This document shows, piece by piece, positions 34,573 to 47,882 of a DNA stretch of 64,000 bases (position 1 is the stretch's first letter; each line of letters opens with the position of its first letter). A program made the translations under genes and the position numbers. Source of the DNA: Paecilomyces variotii (taxonomy: Eukaryota). A model generated the notes under the pieces. That model saw nothing but the letters and a program-made list of their open reading frames with translations. It ran no database searches and had not been told where the DNA came from. The DNA lies in NCBI GenBank assembly GCA_004022145.1, contig RCNU01000014.1; one strand, given 5' to 3'.

Positions 34573-35232
34573 TTTGAGGATTAATTGACTATATTTAATT
34601 TATTATTCAATACTACAGGAGTCGTGATATCGAGTAGAGTATGGAGAGAGTGATGGAGTAGGGTAATTATGCTGGTATATCTTCTCCACCGATCGGATCG
34701 ACGGGAACGGTGGCACTAGTACACCCGCCAGGCACATTCCGGGGAAATGTTGAGGAGGAACGCAGTACGGAGTAGTTACTTATTCCGAACGTAATTTATG
34801 GTAGTTCATATTGGAGGAAGAACAATCAGTGTGAACTTTGAAGCATTAGGTTATACTCCGAGTATAACCAAGTAGGGATTGGATTGCATTGGATTGGTGA
34901 TGGTGGAATGCTTGATTGCCGACAATAACCGTCGGCCCGATCGGCTAGATACAGGGCAAGAAACACCAACATGCAGATAGATGATCGCCAGGAACAACAT
35001 AACAACTGCACCGCAAGACGCCATGCTCTCTCTTCTGAAGGACGCCAATAATAAGTAGCAGATGATTCCCCCGAGCACTCCATTCAAAAACATCACAACC
35101 ATACAGCCATACAGCCGGACCCATAACAAAAGAAACTTCCAGGTTCCGAAGCCATTCTCAAAAAAGAGCATTGATCCATCAGCCAAAATGAAGATAGAAA
35201 AATTGACAAACAAAAATGCAAGACAGAACCCC

Positions 35233-38200
35233 TCAATACTGTCCCGGCGACGTCGGACTGCTGGTCGGCCCCGACAGATACTCCTGCGGCACCTTGGGCA
35301 CCCGCGGTGAGTTGGCCGTCTGCGCCAGAGCCCGATGCTGTGCCCGCAGCAGATCGCGATGCCGCTCCTTGTCCTTGTTGGCCGTGCCGCCCGTCAGTCG
35401 TCGCATCCCACTCCGGATCATCGACTCCAGCGAGAAAGGCCCGTCCGACACGTTGCGCGTGGGAGGCGCCGCTGCCACCGACACCGAGGGCGTCCCCAGC
35501 CCGAACCGGTCGTCCATATCCGACAGCGACTCCGCCTCGTCGTCCGAGAAGAAGGCCACCTCGTTGAACCCGCTGGGAGGCGTCGTCATCTGCGATGTCG
35601 GCGAGAAGAGATTGTTGGCGGGCGAGGTCACCGACCGCATGTGCATCGACGGCCGGATGTTGTTCAGCGATTGCTGCAGCAGCAGTTGTTGTTGTTGTTG
35701 CTGCTGCTGCAGCGGCTGGCCGGGGGTCGCGCTCAGCAGTGAGCCGTCCATCCGCGACGTCGATGGGCGGGATTCCGCCAGCCCGTTGTGGAAGGACGAG
35801 GTCGACGCTGTCCGCGCCAGCGACTTGCGCAGGATGGGCGCCGTTTGCTGATCGTACAGATTCGCGCTCGTGTCGGGAAATCCACCCGAAAAGCCGCGCA
35901 GCGTCGCGTCCGACATGGACGAATGGCTCAGCTCGGTCTCCTCGAAGAAGTCGTCCAGGCTGTCCAGCTTCTGCACGATGTCGCCCATGTTGCCGTCCGT
36001 CTGCGTGTCGATCGACTTCATCGTGTCCGCCCGCATCGGGAAGAAGGCGTCGCCGTAGTCGTCGGCGTGGAAGGCCACCTCTGGCGCCTCCGTGACAGGC
36101 GTTTCGATGCGATCCGTCTCCGCGCACGTATAGAAGACGGCGTGCACGTTGTTTCGTGTGATGGCCGACTGCGCCGCCGGCATCGGGATCGACCAGCCCG
36201 TCGGCTCGGGGATGCCGTACAGACTCTGCACCCGCTCGTACTCTTTGCGGATCGCCCGCGAGGACGTCGACGACGCCATACTCATGCGCAGATGATGTCG
36301 CTCCATCGGGTTGCCGGACACGGTCATGATGTGGTCCATCACCTGCAGCGCTTCCCGGCACAGATCCGTCTGCAGCAGACGCAGCAGCGGCGAGATCAGA
36401 TCGGGTCCGTGGCACGTCACCTCGTTGCGCCGCATATCGATCTCCGGGATCATCACGCACAGGATCTGCATCGTCTTGAGCCGGAACCACGTCGTGGCGT
36501 TCGTCAAAAGGCCCATGGTGAACACCAGACTCTGCACATCTTGCTCCGGGAAGAAGTAGGCCTTGATCTCCGTCACAATGTGGTCCAGGAAGTCGCGCGC
36601 GGATTTGTATTGTCCATTGGCAAAGCCCACCAACGAGGCCGCCAGCCGCGGGCAGTTCTGCCGTTCTGCTACCGTCGCCAACAGATTGGCGCGATCAAGG
36701 ATCGCCGGGTCGCTCTTTTCAAGGTCGTAGTGGTATAGGAAGTGCGGCAGATTGGCCAAGGTCGTAAAGAGCAGGCGGTTACTGTCCCCAACCAATGCAT
36801 TGTTCGGCAGTCTCATCAACCGCTGGAGCAGATCCAGCGTGATGAGGAACGACTCGGACGACTTCAGTCCTTTGTAGATCAGATCCTGGATCCCGTCAAA
36901 TCCCCCCTCCCACTTGGGAGGCTGACTCTCGAGAAGCCTCGTGATCACGGCCGGGTCGCCCAGATCCACCTTGTTCAGGAACTTCTCCAGCATCCCCACA
37001 CTCTCCATGAACTCTCGCTCGTGGATCGTATTGAGACAGGCACACGTAGTCCAGAAGAGCTGCGGATATCGCATCAGATCTGCCGGCGCAAGAGAATCGA
37101 TAATGACCTTCAAAGTTGTCAAGATCTCCATCGAAAAGGTCTGGTAATCCGCTTCCTCGTCTGCAATCGTGTTAGACAACCGCGCCAGCATGTCGGCAAG
37201 CATTCTCGAGTCCAACGAAGTCGAGATGCATCGGAACACCTGGAAGGACCGGCATGCGAGGTGCCGCACCGGGCATGAGGTCGCCCAGTTCAGAGCCTCT
37301 TTGGCCCAGAGATCCCCAACCCCTTCGTAGGCGAAGCTGAAGAAGTTGATCACTTCACGCGTGACCCGAGTCATCGCAGAAGGCACTCGACTCACGTCAT
37401 CACGGTCATGTTTCCCATTATTATCCTCGTATTCCCAGATAACCGCCGGGTCGCTCTTCCGGATCGACTCGACGAAATCCTCAATCGACTGTCGAGCGTC
37501 GGCGGGCGCATCGTCCTCGATTTTCGACGCGATCAGTTCGTGGATCAGATGGACAAGCATCTCTCGAGCTTGTTCCTGGACGGTCAGCGTGTAATGATCC
37601 CAGAGGATCAAGACAACGTGTAGAAGCTTGATGACGCTGTCCAGGCCAAGCGTAACTGGCGCCACCATCAAGTCCACAAGGAAAATAAGCGCAACTTGCC
37701 CAAGTGACAGACCCGCCTAGACAGAGTTAGTCGAACTATAGATAGATCATCATGATTGTTGAGACTTACCTGCTTGTTACCAACTGGCAGCACGCTGCTC
37801 AGATCGGCAACATAAGGAAGCCCCTTGGTCTCTGGCGGCGTCGAGATGACTTCTTTTCTTTCCTGCACCATGTTCTTGGGAATAACTTGTAACAGGAAGA
37901 ACTCGATGACCTTGGATCCAGCCGGAGTGCCTGACAAGAACACCACGATCTGCTTGGCGTATTCGACAAAGTTCTGTTCTTTGCGCTCCAGACAGAGGCT
38001 GATAATAAAGTCAAGGACCAGCTGCACGTTTCCGCCATGCGGTCCAGTTGCAAGCGCCTGCCATAGTGCTTGAACCTCGTTGGGCAGGATCGTGCTGCAT
38101 CGGATGGTGATCTCGAACAGATTGGCCAGAAGCATGTAGGACCGAGCCGTTGGAGCTCCACTGGGTTCGATCTGCAACTCCATCGTCTGAATCCAGGGCA

Positions 38201-41200
38201 GGATTGCCGCTACCATGTTGCGCTGGCTGTCGGGTTGGAGATTGCGGAAATGCAAGGAAAACTCGGAGAAGATCGTGAACGCCAGATCGGCGTGCTGCTT
38301 GGCCAGCCGTTTCGACGTCTCGAACTGTGCTAGCTTGTAGACGGCCGTGGTCTTATCGGAGATACTGATGTCAAAATCTTGTAACCGCGAGCTTTTCTGT
38401 TGGCGTTCCTCTAACGTGCGCAGGAGCCTGGCCGACTTCATTCGGATCTCGCGTTTCTGATTGCCCAGTGTGAAGAGCACAGCACCCAGGATCCGCCAGA
38501 ACGCTAGCGGATAATCAGTGTGCTCGATCAACACCTCCGTGACAACTTCAAAGTAGCTCTCTAGGGCCTTGGGGCGTTCGCTGATATAGCACATCTCGAC
38601 CGAGCGCTCTAACAGGTAAGGGTATTCCTTGTTATGGGTGATCAGGTTCTTCAGCGCTCGTCGGCCGATCGTATGCCACTTGTCGCTGACCGTGTTGAAA
38701 ATGATATCGATCCATGATAGCATCCGGCCCACGTCAAACTGCAGGACAGAGCCGCTTTCCGTTGTGATGCTGATCGGCCCGGCACAAAGGGATGCCATAG
38801 CACTGAGCGCCGCTGCCCGCAGATTCTTCTTCTCGATCTCCATCGCGGCAGCCGTGTTTCGTATCTCCCCGGTCTCGTGTTGATGGGCTAGCGCGAACTT
38901 CCGCATATTCTCTTCCCGCTGGGAGATCTGGGCTTGGTTGGGGGAATAGCCACACCAGTCCTCCATCAGAGAAAATGCCGATTTTCTTGATTCGAAAGGC
39001 AGCCAGCGAGATGGATCCTTAGTTCGGTTGATGCCTTCGAAGAGTTCCTCCATCAAGCCGCAGTAGTGAAACCGGAGTTTCTGGAACTCCCAGTCATTCT
39101 GCACTTCAACGTCACTCAGGAAGATCCGTAGATCCTTGGTATAGGTGACTAGATTATTAACGATCCAGTCGTCATTGTATACCTCCGGCTCCTTCAGAAA
39201 ATGCGACGTTAATTTGTAGACGTGTGTCACTTCAGTGCGCAGTCGGTCCGTCCTGCGATTGCGACGTGGGCTGCTTGGTGTCCGATGGTGAGCACCAATA
39301 CGGACCTTGGCCTCTTCATTGCACGTGGTGACAGCATACTGCAATGATTCCAGCAAGGTGCGATAAAGATTCTTCTTAATAGAGCCAAGTGCGACTACTA
39401 TCGCATTCCTAATTGAGTCCGGCTCAGCAGACAGCAAGGGGATGACAAAGGCAAAGAGAGCCCTCGCGGAGCTAATCTTGTCCTGTGCTTGCTGCCCTCC
39501 TTTGGAGGCTTTGCGGGCATGCTGATTAGCCAGCTGACTTTGAGATTGGGCACCAACAGTATTCACAGTTGTGCAAGCCATTACGAGATAGAGCTTCCAC
39601 TGTTCGATCAGGATCTCAGCGGCCGCGTTATTCCGGCCGAGCGTACGCCCATTGCCAAGGTCCATCGGTGCATACTGAGGACCACGAGGACTCTCAGCCA
39701 GCGCAGCAATGCTCTTGTGCATCTGCACCAGTCGCGCACATACAATCTCACGGCTCAGAGTGACGGCAAACGGGCATGTATCGAAACTGATGCGGATAAT
39801 GTTCGGAAACACTTTGGACCAGAGCGTCGAGTCATACGATACCTCACTGCTGCAGAGCTCGATCAACGTATTTTGCAACGTGCTTCTTCTCTTTCCCTTC
39901 TGCAGTCGACTCTTTTCAGCTATCGTAAGCTGCTCGTCGTTCAAATCGAGTATCTGCTGAGAGTCCGCCTCAAGAATCCGGATAACCCTGGTGTTTTCTT
40001 TTCCGAGGGCACTGTCAAATTCTGTGACAAGCCGCAGGACAGTGATTGCAAAAGCGCGGACTCTTCGAGACTGTGAGCATAAGAAGAAGAGACCATGGGA
40101 CTCAATCTCCTCAACATGTGCAAGCACGCTGGAGAGGTCGAGTTTCAACGCTCGACTTCCAGATCCGTTTTTATCCGTGGGCTCTGCCGCCGCCGCTTCT
40201 TTTGACTTCTGCTTGATCTCCTCGATCCAGATCCGTAGTAGTTCGACATAAAGCCGCAGAGTAGACTCGATATGGCCCGGCCCAAGCATACCCTCATCGG
40301 ACATGGTTGAGTACCGCGCATCAAAATTGAATATGAAGCGTGCGAAGCCGATGGTAACCTGCTGCGCATGGGATTGGCGTGCAATTGACTTCAAGGACTC
40401 TGCGGATGAAATGGCGATATTGGATTGGACATGGGCGGTTCCGGTGCAGAGGAGGTTGATGAGCGAATTGAACGGAATATGATCGGATAGGCAGCGAGGC
40501 AGAGCCTGCACTGCCACGTGCAGCAAGTCGTAGAAGCTCTGCTTCTGATCTGGGCCAGCGGAGTGATCATCTCTCCTTGTAAAACTAAAGGCCTCAGAAA
40601 TAGGCGTTTTTGGTGTCGACCCGCTGAACTTCTCATCGAGCGCAGCCTGGCCACCAAACGTATTGTCGCAGAGCAGAGTGATCTTACCTAGGATCTCACA
40701 GAAGCGAACGTAGTGTTCTCTGGATTTATCACTCAACTTGCTTATATTGACCGGGCGGGACAACAGATCATCCTTGTTCTCGAGTGTGGTTGAGAGCCTT
40801 GGGTCCGTGAGGAACTGGGCCCGATGGATCTGCGACGATATCGGCACGTCGGTGAAAGTATTCGCCATGGAGCCCTGAGGGAAAGGAGGATAGAGCTGAC
40901 TGCTGTTCTCGAGATCGCTCATTATGGCCAGGAACGAACGGATCCCGATAACCACCTTTTCGGGTTCCATTTGTTCGATTTTTAGTTCTTTTCCAGAAAG
41001 AATCAGGTCGGAGTTTATAAGAGGGAAAATAATATTTCGGAAGCACAGGTCAGGATGCTTGAAACCAATCATCCGGACTAGCTGTACAAGGGGCTCTGCC
41101 ACCGATGGTTCCGTTGTCAAGTACGTGCGTCTCCCAGCCGGCAGTGCAACCTTGACTACTTCCTCGACCTTCTTCAAGGCAGTGGTAGGGTTATCGGGAG

Positions 41201-43415
41201 ATCGAAACAGGTAGGTCCAGAGTAGGCGGCACATAGCCTGAAGTGCTGGACCTCTAGTCGGACGATCTTTCAATTTCGGAGGCAGGCTCATAATGATGGA
41301 GAGCCACTGGGAAGAGAAAGATGACGACACGCATAAGAGCAGGATGTGCAGAGGGAAACCGGACGACCAGTGGCGCGGTTTCGTGAGCAATTGCGCCAAT
41401 CTAGGCTGAACCAATTCCAGGAATTCCTTCCATTTGGGGTGAGATAGGTCGCAAGCGGGGTTCTCTGCCACCGGGAGTAGTAGCTTCTCGAATATATAGC
41501 AGTATGCTTGCTTGATCCGTTGGCCATGAGCGTTCACGAAGAGCCGCGCCAGTGACCGCATAAAGTCGCAGGATCTACTCCATACATCGTCGGGGTATGT
41601 CTTGATGCGAACGTGCCGCATCCCAAGAACCAGCAGTTCCACCTTCGCATCAGCATCTTTCGATGGGCCGCGAAGAGGCTCGTCCTTCTGGTAGCGTTCG
41701 AGCTCGTTCAGGAACCTATTTGTCACGCTTGTAAAGTTCGTCTCGCTCATGATTCCGAGCAACTGTCCGTAGATCCTCCAATTGGCCATTCGTAGCGGTG
41801 AAGCAGCAATTTGATCTGGATCCACGGTCTTCAACTGGCCAAAGACAATGTCTTCCAAGCGCTCCGCCATCTCAATAGTTATCGCGGACAGAGTGCTCTG
41901 GTGAAATATTTCGATCAAGACTCTACACACCAGGTAGACCGACACGGTAGCTCGACGCTCCGCTAGGATTACATCTTCATGTCTGGAGAGAAGTGTGTGC
42001 GGCGGATGCGTAGAATCCCCGTTCGTCGGATGAGATTCGCCTGTTGGAGAAGGTTCTGTATTACGCCGCATTATCAACCCATGGTCTAAAGGCGGTGGTT
42101 TCTGAATGTTAAAAGATTGGCATTAGTAGCTGTCAGAATGTCTATGATTCAGCCGCAGTTAAACATACCTGAGTAGCCATCTGCTTGGCCATACTCGCGG
42201 CTTCGCCTTTCGCTTTCCGCCAGAACATGATCGTATCGATCAAAGGCTTCGGCTTCTGACGTGCGATATGACCAAGAGCCGATATGAGCTGATCGAAGGT
42301 GGGATCTGCTCCTGGCCCACAAACTTCCTCCACAGGAGCTTCTAGCTCCCCAAGCTTCATTATACATTGGTTGATCTTATTGTCGGCTTGGCCGACGAAC
42401 TGGATGTGTATTAGCGAGATCCTCTTGGCCCTAATGGAAGAGGGGTATTTACTGAGTTGAAGAGATGGTGCAGGGCATATTCACCCACGGTCTTCGATTC
42501 CGGTGGATGGTGATGATGATGCTTCGAGGTGGTTCGGGCGTGCGATTGCTCCCGCCGTGGTCTCCCGTTTGTTGATACCATTTTTCGATGTGTAGGGTTC
42601 CTGGGCTGCGCGGCACTGGGCTCATCCGTATCATTATCCTCGATCGTACTCAAGCCCGGCGGCTGCACGTGGCTTGTTCCATTGCTCCCTGGACTAGTAT
42701 AACTTGTCTGCTGATCAGGCTGCTCCAGACGGCCAGCTAGTGTCGACTCCGCCTCCGAACTGCCACTGCGGCCAAACGATGCGATTATCTCCGGACTCAA
42801 GGGGTTTGCGGTGGTGGAAGAGGCGGCGAAGCTCGGGTTCCGCGAGTGCTGGATGCCATGCACGATGGAGGTCTGACGGTGGTGGCCGTATGAGTTGGAC
42901 GGTCTCCTCTCTATGTTTGGTTCGTATCCAGGACCGGGACGAGCAGAGCTAGGTTCAGGACTTTTCGATTGGGATTGGCCGCGATGGCGTTGCTGGGATT
43001 GTAGCGTCGAGAGACCCGAGACGGAGGTATCGCCCGGCCTCCCTCTGGCAGCGGATGTTTCTCGACTGTGGACAGTCGACGATGACTGTGGATTCCGGAC
43101 GGGCACGCGCTCTAGTGGAGAGGGACCATTATGGTGCGACGCGACGTTGGACTCATCAGGGATGAGGGGCATCGTTGACTGAAGGGGCGCAGCCTGCCGC
43201 ATAGCATGAGGTGCGGCTATATTAAAAAGAAGCGTTCCAAGTTAGATATACACATGTCTTCCGAGTTCTTACAACGTCGATACAGGCAGGTCCAGCCGCG
43301 ATTCGACCATTCCAGGGGAGGGGATCGAAGGGCAGTAGTCGAATATCAAACGAGGGAAGCTCCGGATGTTTGAGGCGGGCAAAAAAAAAGGGCTTAACTC
43401 ACCGTTGGGCTGCAT
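35233..43415 (-). CDS. TAO3: Cell morphogenesis scaffold TAO3/PAG1/Mor2 (Furry family); multi-exon
   Basis: Large helical-repeat protein: KTVGEYALHHLF, GPGADPTFDQLISALGHIARQKPKPLIDTIMFWRK, ERRATVSVY, LNWATSCPVRHLACRSFQVFR, YPQLFW and a polyQ tract near the C-terminus. A 13-nt first coding exon at 43415-43403 is inferred from splice phase. Confidence 0.93.
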
Positions 43416-44472
43416 CTTTGGCGATCGCCATTCACTAGCCACCAAGGGCTCAGCTAAAGTCAGGCAGAAGACAATGGAAGGACCAGAGTGACTCGGTCAT
43501 TGTCGTCCATGACGGACTTCGGGAAAAAGGGATGCCTTGGAGAGCTGGTCCTTGCATGAACGTTGACGTTGAGCGAGCTGGTGTCGTGCTTCGCGATGGC
43601 GGCTTAGCACGGACGGCGGTCCGCTCTGCAGGTGCCAAACCTGGCCGACGAGCCCGATGTCCAGATGCCAACTCCAGACTTCTTCCATCCACCATGCTGA
43701 GCTCATGCTCTCTGATGGCCTCGGCGTCATCCCCTGACCCAATCACTGCTGGTCCCTGAGCCTGAACCCCTGAAATATCGGACCGACACCTCGTGGAGAA
43801 CCACGTTGCGCCGTAGTTTCATCAAGCTAGGCCGCTAGGGAGCCCATCTCCTCAGTGCAAGCCACGCCTGTTGAGAATGCCAATACAGATCAGATCTCAG
43901 GTACTGCTACACTACGGAGGACACAAGACGTCTATGTTTCCCCCGTCATCTCCAGGACGTCACCTCATCTCGACTCTCCCACGTTCGACTGCGGGGGATC
44001 CACGATGGCCCGGTCCCTGTTTATATTATTCGAGTAATAAACCATGGTCATGATCTTCATACCCCAGGAGAGAGAGTCGAGCGAAGATAATAATAGTATA
44101 GTAATTTCTGGAAGCCTGGGCCCTTAAGGAACAGGGTTGACTGTGCGCTCTAGTATTGAGTCTACAATCGAAGGACTCTCGTGAAAACTGGAGGTGATTG
44201 ATAGACTACCCCTGGGGTATAATGGCTATTTTAATCCTGCTCTCGAACACACCTCATAGACTCTTACTCATCTCTGCTCTATTGAGTCTCCGGTGAAGAC
44301 CGCGAAATTCCGGTCATCATCGCTGACGATGCGGTAAGATCGATAGCTAGTTAGTTAACTAGTTAGAGCTTTCTAAGCTTTCTAAGCGATCATATCACAC
44401 GAGTCGTAGATAAACTTTACGCCAAAGATGGGTGTTTTGATAAGATAAAATAATAATAGCCTTTCACTGTAC

Positions 44473-44496
44473 CATGCACCGTGTTTACGGTGCATG
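44473..44496. repeat. Perfect 10-bp inverted repeat with a 4-nt spacer
   Basis: CATGCACCGT-GTTT-ACGGTGCATG in the TAO3/cprA divergent intergenic region. Confidence 0.8.
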
Positions 44497-45725
44497 ACAA
44501 CCTCTGCAAATCAGCATGAAGTTGGATACTGATTTCTTTTCTCTAGGTTTTGTTGTAAGAAGACAACGCGAGTACATAGTATATATATCGTCCGGTTGGC
44601 GTCTGTTTCATTACTGGCGCGGAATATGCCCGCAGCTCGAACATCCGATGAAGGCAAGAAAACCCTGAAAGAACAAGGAGCAAAAATTGAATTATTTGCC
44701 GGGGCATTCGGATAAGTATCTAGCACGAGGGAGAGCATCTGATTGTTCTGTGGTCTGTGGTATCCCTGGCTTCAGGGTGCGACCCCGCAGAGTGCTCTCG
44801 TGCCGAAAACACTCCCATTCTCTTTTCTCTTGTGGGCTTTTCCCTAGGTACCGTCTATCCTAGAGTTGGATGCCAGGAGAAGGCGGCATTCTTCGGCTAG
44901 GGCTTGCTGTCGGCAAAGCTATCGGAATGGCGCGTAGCAGTTGATACCGCCAGGCGAAGATGTCTATGGTAATTACCCCATCTTTGGCCGTGTGGGGTTT
45001 CCGTTTTGCCCTTTGGCAGTGAAGGTTCAGGATCTGAGGTCCGATTCCTTCTGTTCGGTTGACGGATCCCGGATCCTGGGGACGCAAATATATAAGTACG
45101 TAGTAAGTATTTAGCCTGCGAGATAGTTAGATAGATAGGCGATTATTCATACCACCCCTGTCGCCTCTTCCTCTTCTCTCTTCTCTCTTCTCTCTGTAAT
45201 TCTCCTCCTCCCCTAACATCTCCGGTACGGACGGGATCCTCCCTTACCTTGACAGGAGCTGTTGTCCGCACTAAGGATTGCTTAGTAGGACTTCGACCCC
45301 CCTGGCACGGAGCATCTTTACTGTCATAGACATAATCTGACCGATACACACAAGAACAGCGTGTCCTCAACGCCGTTCCACTCCCCTATTACTTCTTTAT
45401 TTGTTGTTCCGCCTGGGGGCCAAGAAGCATCGTCGACGAGGTTGTTCCGGTTCCCGGCGGCGCAGAAAGTGGTTCAGCTAGTTCAGCTGGGCAGCGTCCG
45501 TGCTCAGGTCAACGCCCCCAGTACTTCAGAATACGGGCTGCTCATCAGACCACCTAACCTTCAGCTGCTTTCTCCCGGATCTATCTTTCCGATAATCGGT
45601 GCACCGTCGCGCGTGCGAATTGGTGTCTGGTATCGTGAGAAAGAGTCCTTGACTCTCGAGAGGGTTCTTCTCTCCTCTCACTGCGTCCGGCGACTCTCAT
45701 ACCGTGTTTCTCTCTCAACGGCAAG

Positions 45726-47882
45726 ATGGCGCAGATCGACACCCTCGACCTGCTCGTCCTGGTGGCCCTCTTGGTAGGTAGCGTGGCCTACTTCACCAAG
45801 GGAACCTACTGGGCAGTTGCAAAGGACCCGTATGCTTCTTCCTATGGCGCCGTCAATGGCGCCAAAGCTGGCAAGACCAGGGACATCATCGAGAAGATGG
45901 AGGAAACGGGCAAGAACTGCGTTATCTTCTATGGCTCCCAGACTGGTACCGCGGAGGATTACGCTTCTCGACTGGCAAAGGAAGGATCCCAGAGATTCGG
46001 CCTGAAGACTATGGTTGCGGATATCGAAGAATACGACTATGAGAACCTCGACAAGTGGCCCGAAGATAAGGTCGCCTTCTTCGTTCTCGCTACCTACGGC
46101 GAGGGCGAACCTACGGATAACGCGGTCGAATTCTACCAGTTCATCACCGGCGAGGATGTTTCGTTCGAGAGCGGCGACGAAAAGCCTCTGTCTTCTCTCA
46201 AGTATGTGGCTTTCGGTCTGGGAAACAACACCTACGAACACTACAATGCCATGGTCCGCCATGTTGATGCGGCCCTGACCAAACTGGGTGCTCAAAGGAT
46301 CGGAGCTGCTGGCGAAGGTGACGATGGTGCTGGTACAATGGAAGAGGATTTCTTGGCCTGGAAGGAACCCATGTGGGAAGCTCTGTCCAAGGCGATGGGT
46401 CTGGAAGAGCGTGAGGCTGTCTATGAGCCGGTGTTCTCGGTCACTGAAGAAGAGCAACTGTCCCCCGAAGATGAGAATGTCTATCTGGGTGAGCCCACCC
46501 AGGCTCACCTGGAAGGTGGCGGTCGCGGTCCGTACTCCGCTCACAACCCGTACATTGCACCGATCGTGGAGTCTCGCGAACTGTTCACCGTTAAAGATCG
46601 TAACTGTCTGCACATGGAAGTCGACATCTCTGGAAGCAATCTGAACTACCAGACTGGTGACCACATCGCGGTCTGGCCCTCCAACGCTGGCATCGAGGTT
46701 GATCGTTTCCTGAAAGTCTTCGGTCTGGATGGTAAGCGCGACACTGTCATTTCCATCAAATGTCTCGATGTCACCGCCAAGGTTCCTTTCCCGACCCCAA
46801 CCACGTACGATGCCGCTGTCCGATACTACATGGAGATTTGCGCACCGGTTTCTCGACAGTTTGTTTCCACTCTCGCTGGCTTCGCCCCCGACGAAGAGAC
46901 CAAGGCAGAGCTTACCCGCCTGGGCAGTGACAAGGACTACTTCCACCAGAAGGTTGCTGGTCAGTGCTTCAACATCGCCCAGGCCATCCAGAGTGTTACG
47001 TCAAAGCCGTTGTCTGCTGTCCCATTCTCGCTCCTGGTTGAAGGAATCAACAAGATCCAGCCTAGATACTATTCGATCTCCTCCTCGTCCCTCGTCCAGC
47101 CGGACAAGGTCAGCATCTCTGCCGTCGTCGAGTCTGTCCGTATTCCTGGCGCTAGCCACATTGTCAAGGGTGTCACGACCAACTATCTTCTGGCGCTTAA
47201 GCAGAAGCAGCACGGTGACCCCAACCCCGACCCCCATGGCCTTACATACTCGATCACTGGGCCAAGAAACAAATACGACGGCATCCATGTCCCCGTGCAC
47301 ATCCGTCACTCCAACTTCAAGCTGCCCTCTGACCCGTCCAAGCCTATTATCATGATCGGCCCCGGAACTGGTGTTGCTCCGTTCCGTGGCTTCATCCAGG
47401 AGCGCGCTGCCCAGGCTGCCAATGGTGACAAGGTTGGCACCACTCTTCTGTTCTTCGGATGCCGCAACCGCGAGGAGGATTTCTTGTATAAGGATGAATG
47501 GGAAGTATGTAGCAGACTCTCCCTATATTTCCGTTTCTATATTTTTCTTTCCTATATTCAGACTCATGCTGACTCCCAGTTCTAGTCTTACGGAGAGAAG
47601 CTTGGTGACGCATTCAAGCTCATTACCGCCTTCTCCCGTGAAGGGCCACAAAAGGTGTATGTACAGCACAGGTTGCGTGAGAACGCGGATCTGGTGAACG
47701 AACTACTGGAAAAGAAGGCCAACATCTACGTCTGTGGTGATGCATCCAACATGGCTCGCGAGGTTAACACTGTCCTCGGCCAGATCATCGCTGAGAAGCG
47801 CGGTCTGTCGCCAGAGAAGGGTGAAGATATCGTGAAGCACATGCGGAGCAACGGCACCTACCAGGAAGACGTGTGGTCTTGA
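45726..47882 (+). CDS. cprA: NADPH-cytochrome P450 reductase; 2 coding exons
   Basis: N-terminal anchor, FYGSQTGTAEDYA, ATYGEGEPTDNA, FGLGNNTYEHYN, QPRYYSISSS, MIGPGTGVAPFRGF, YVCGDA and C-terminal YQEDVWS. Intron after EWE. Confidence 0.97.

Noticed and set aside
35093-36738. 465-aa and 316-aa alternative-frame ORFs overlapping TAO3
   Set aside because: Low-complexity Arg/Ala/Gly-rich shadows of GC-rich codon usage.
45678-46946. 422-aa antisense ORF over cprA
   Set aside because: An in-register antisense shadow of a strongly codon-biased gene, with no motifs.
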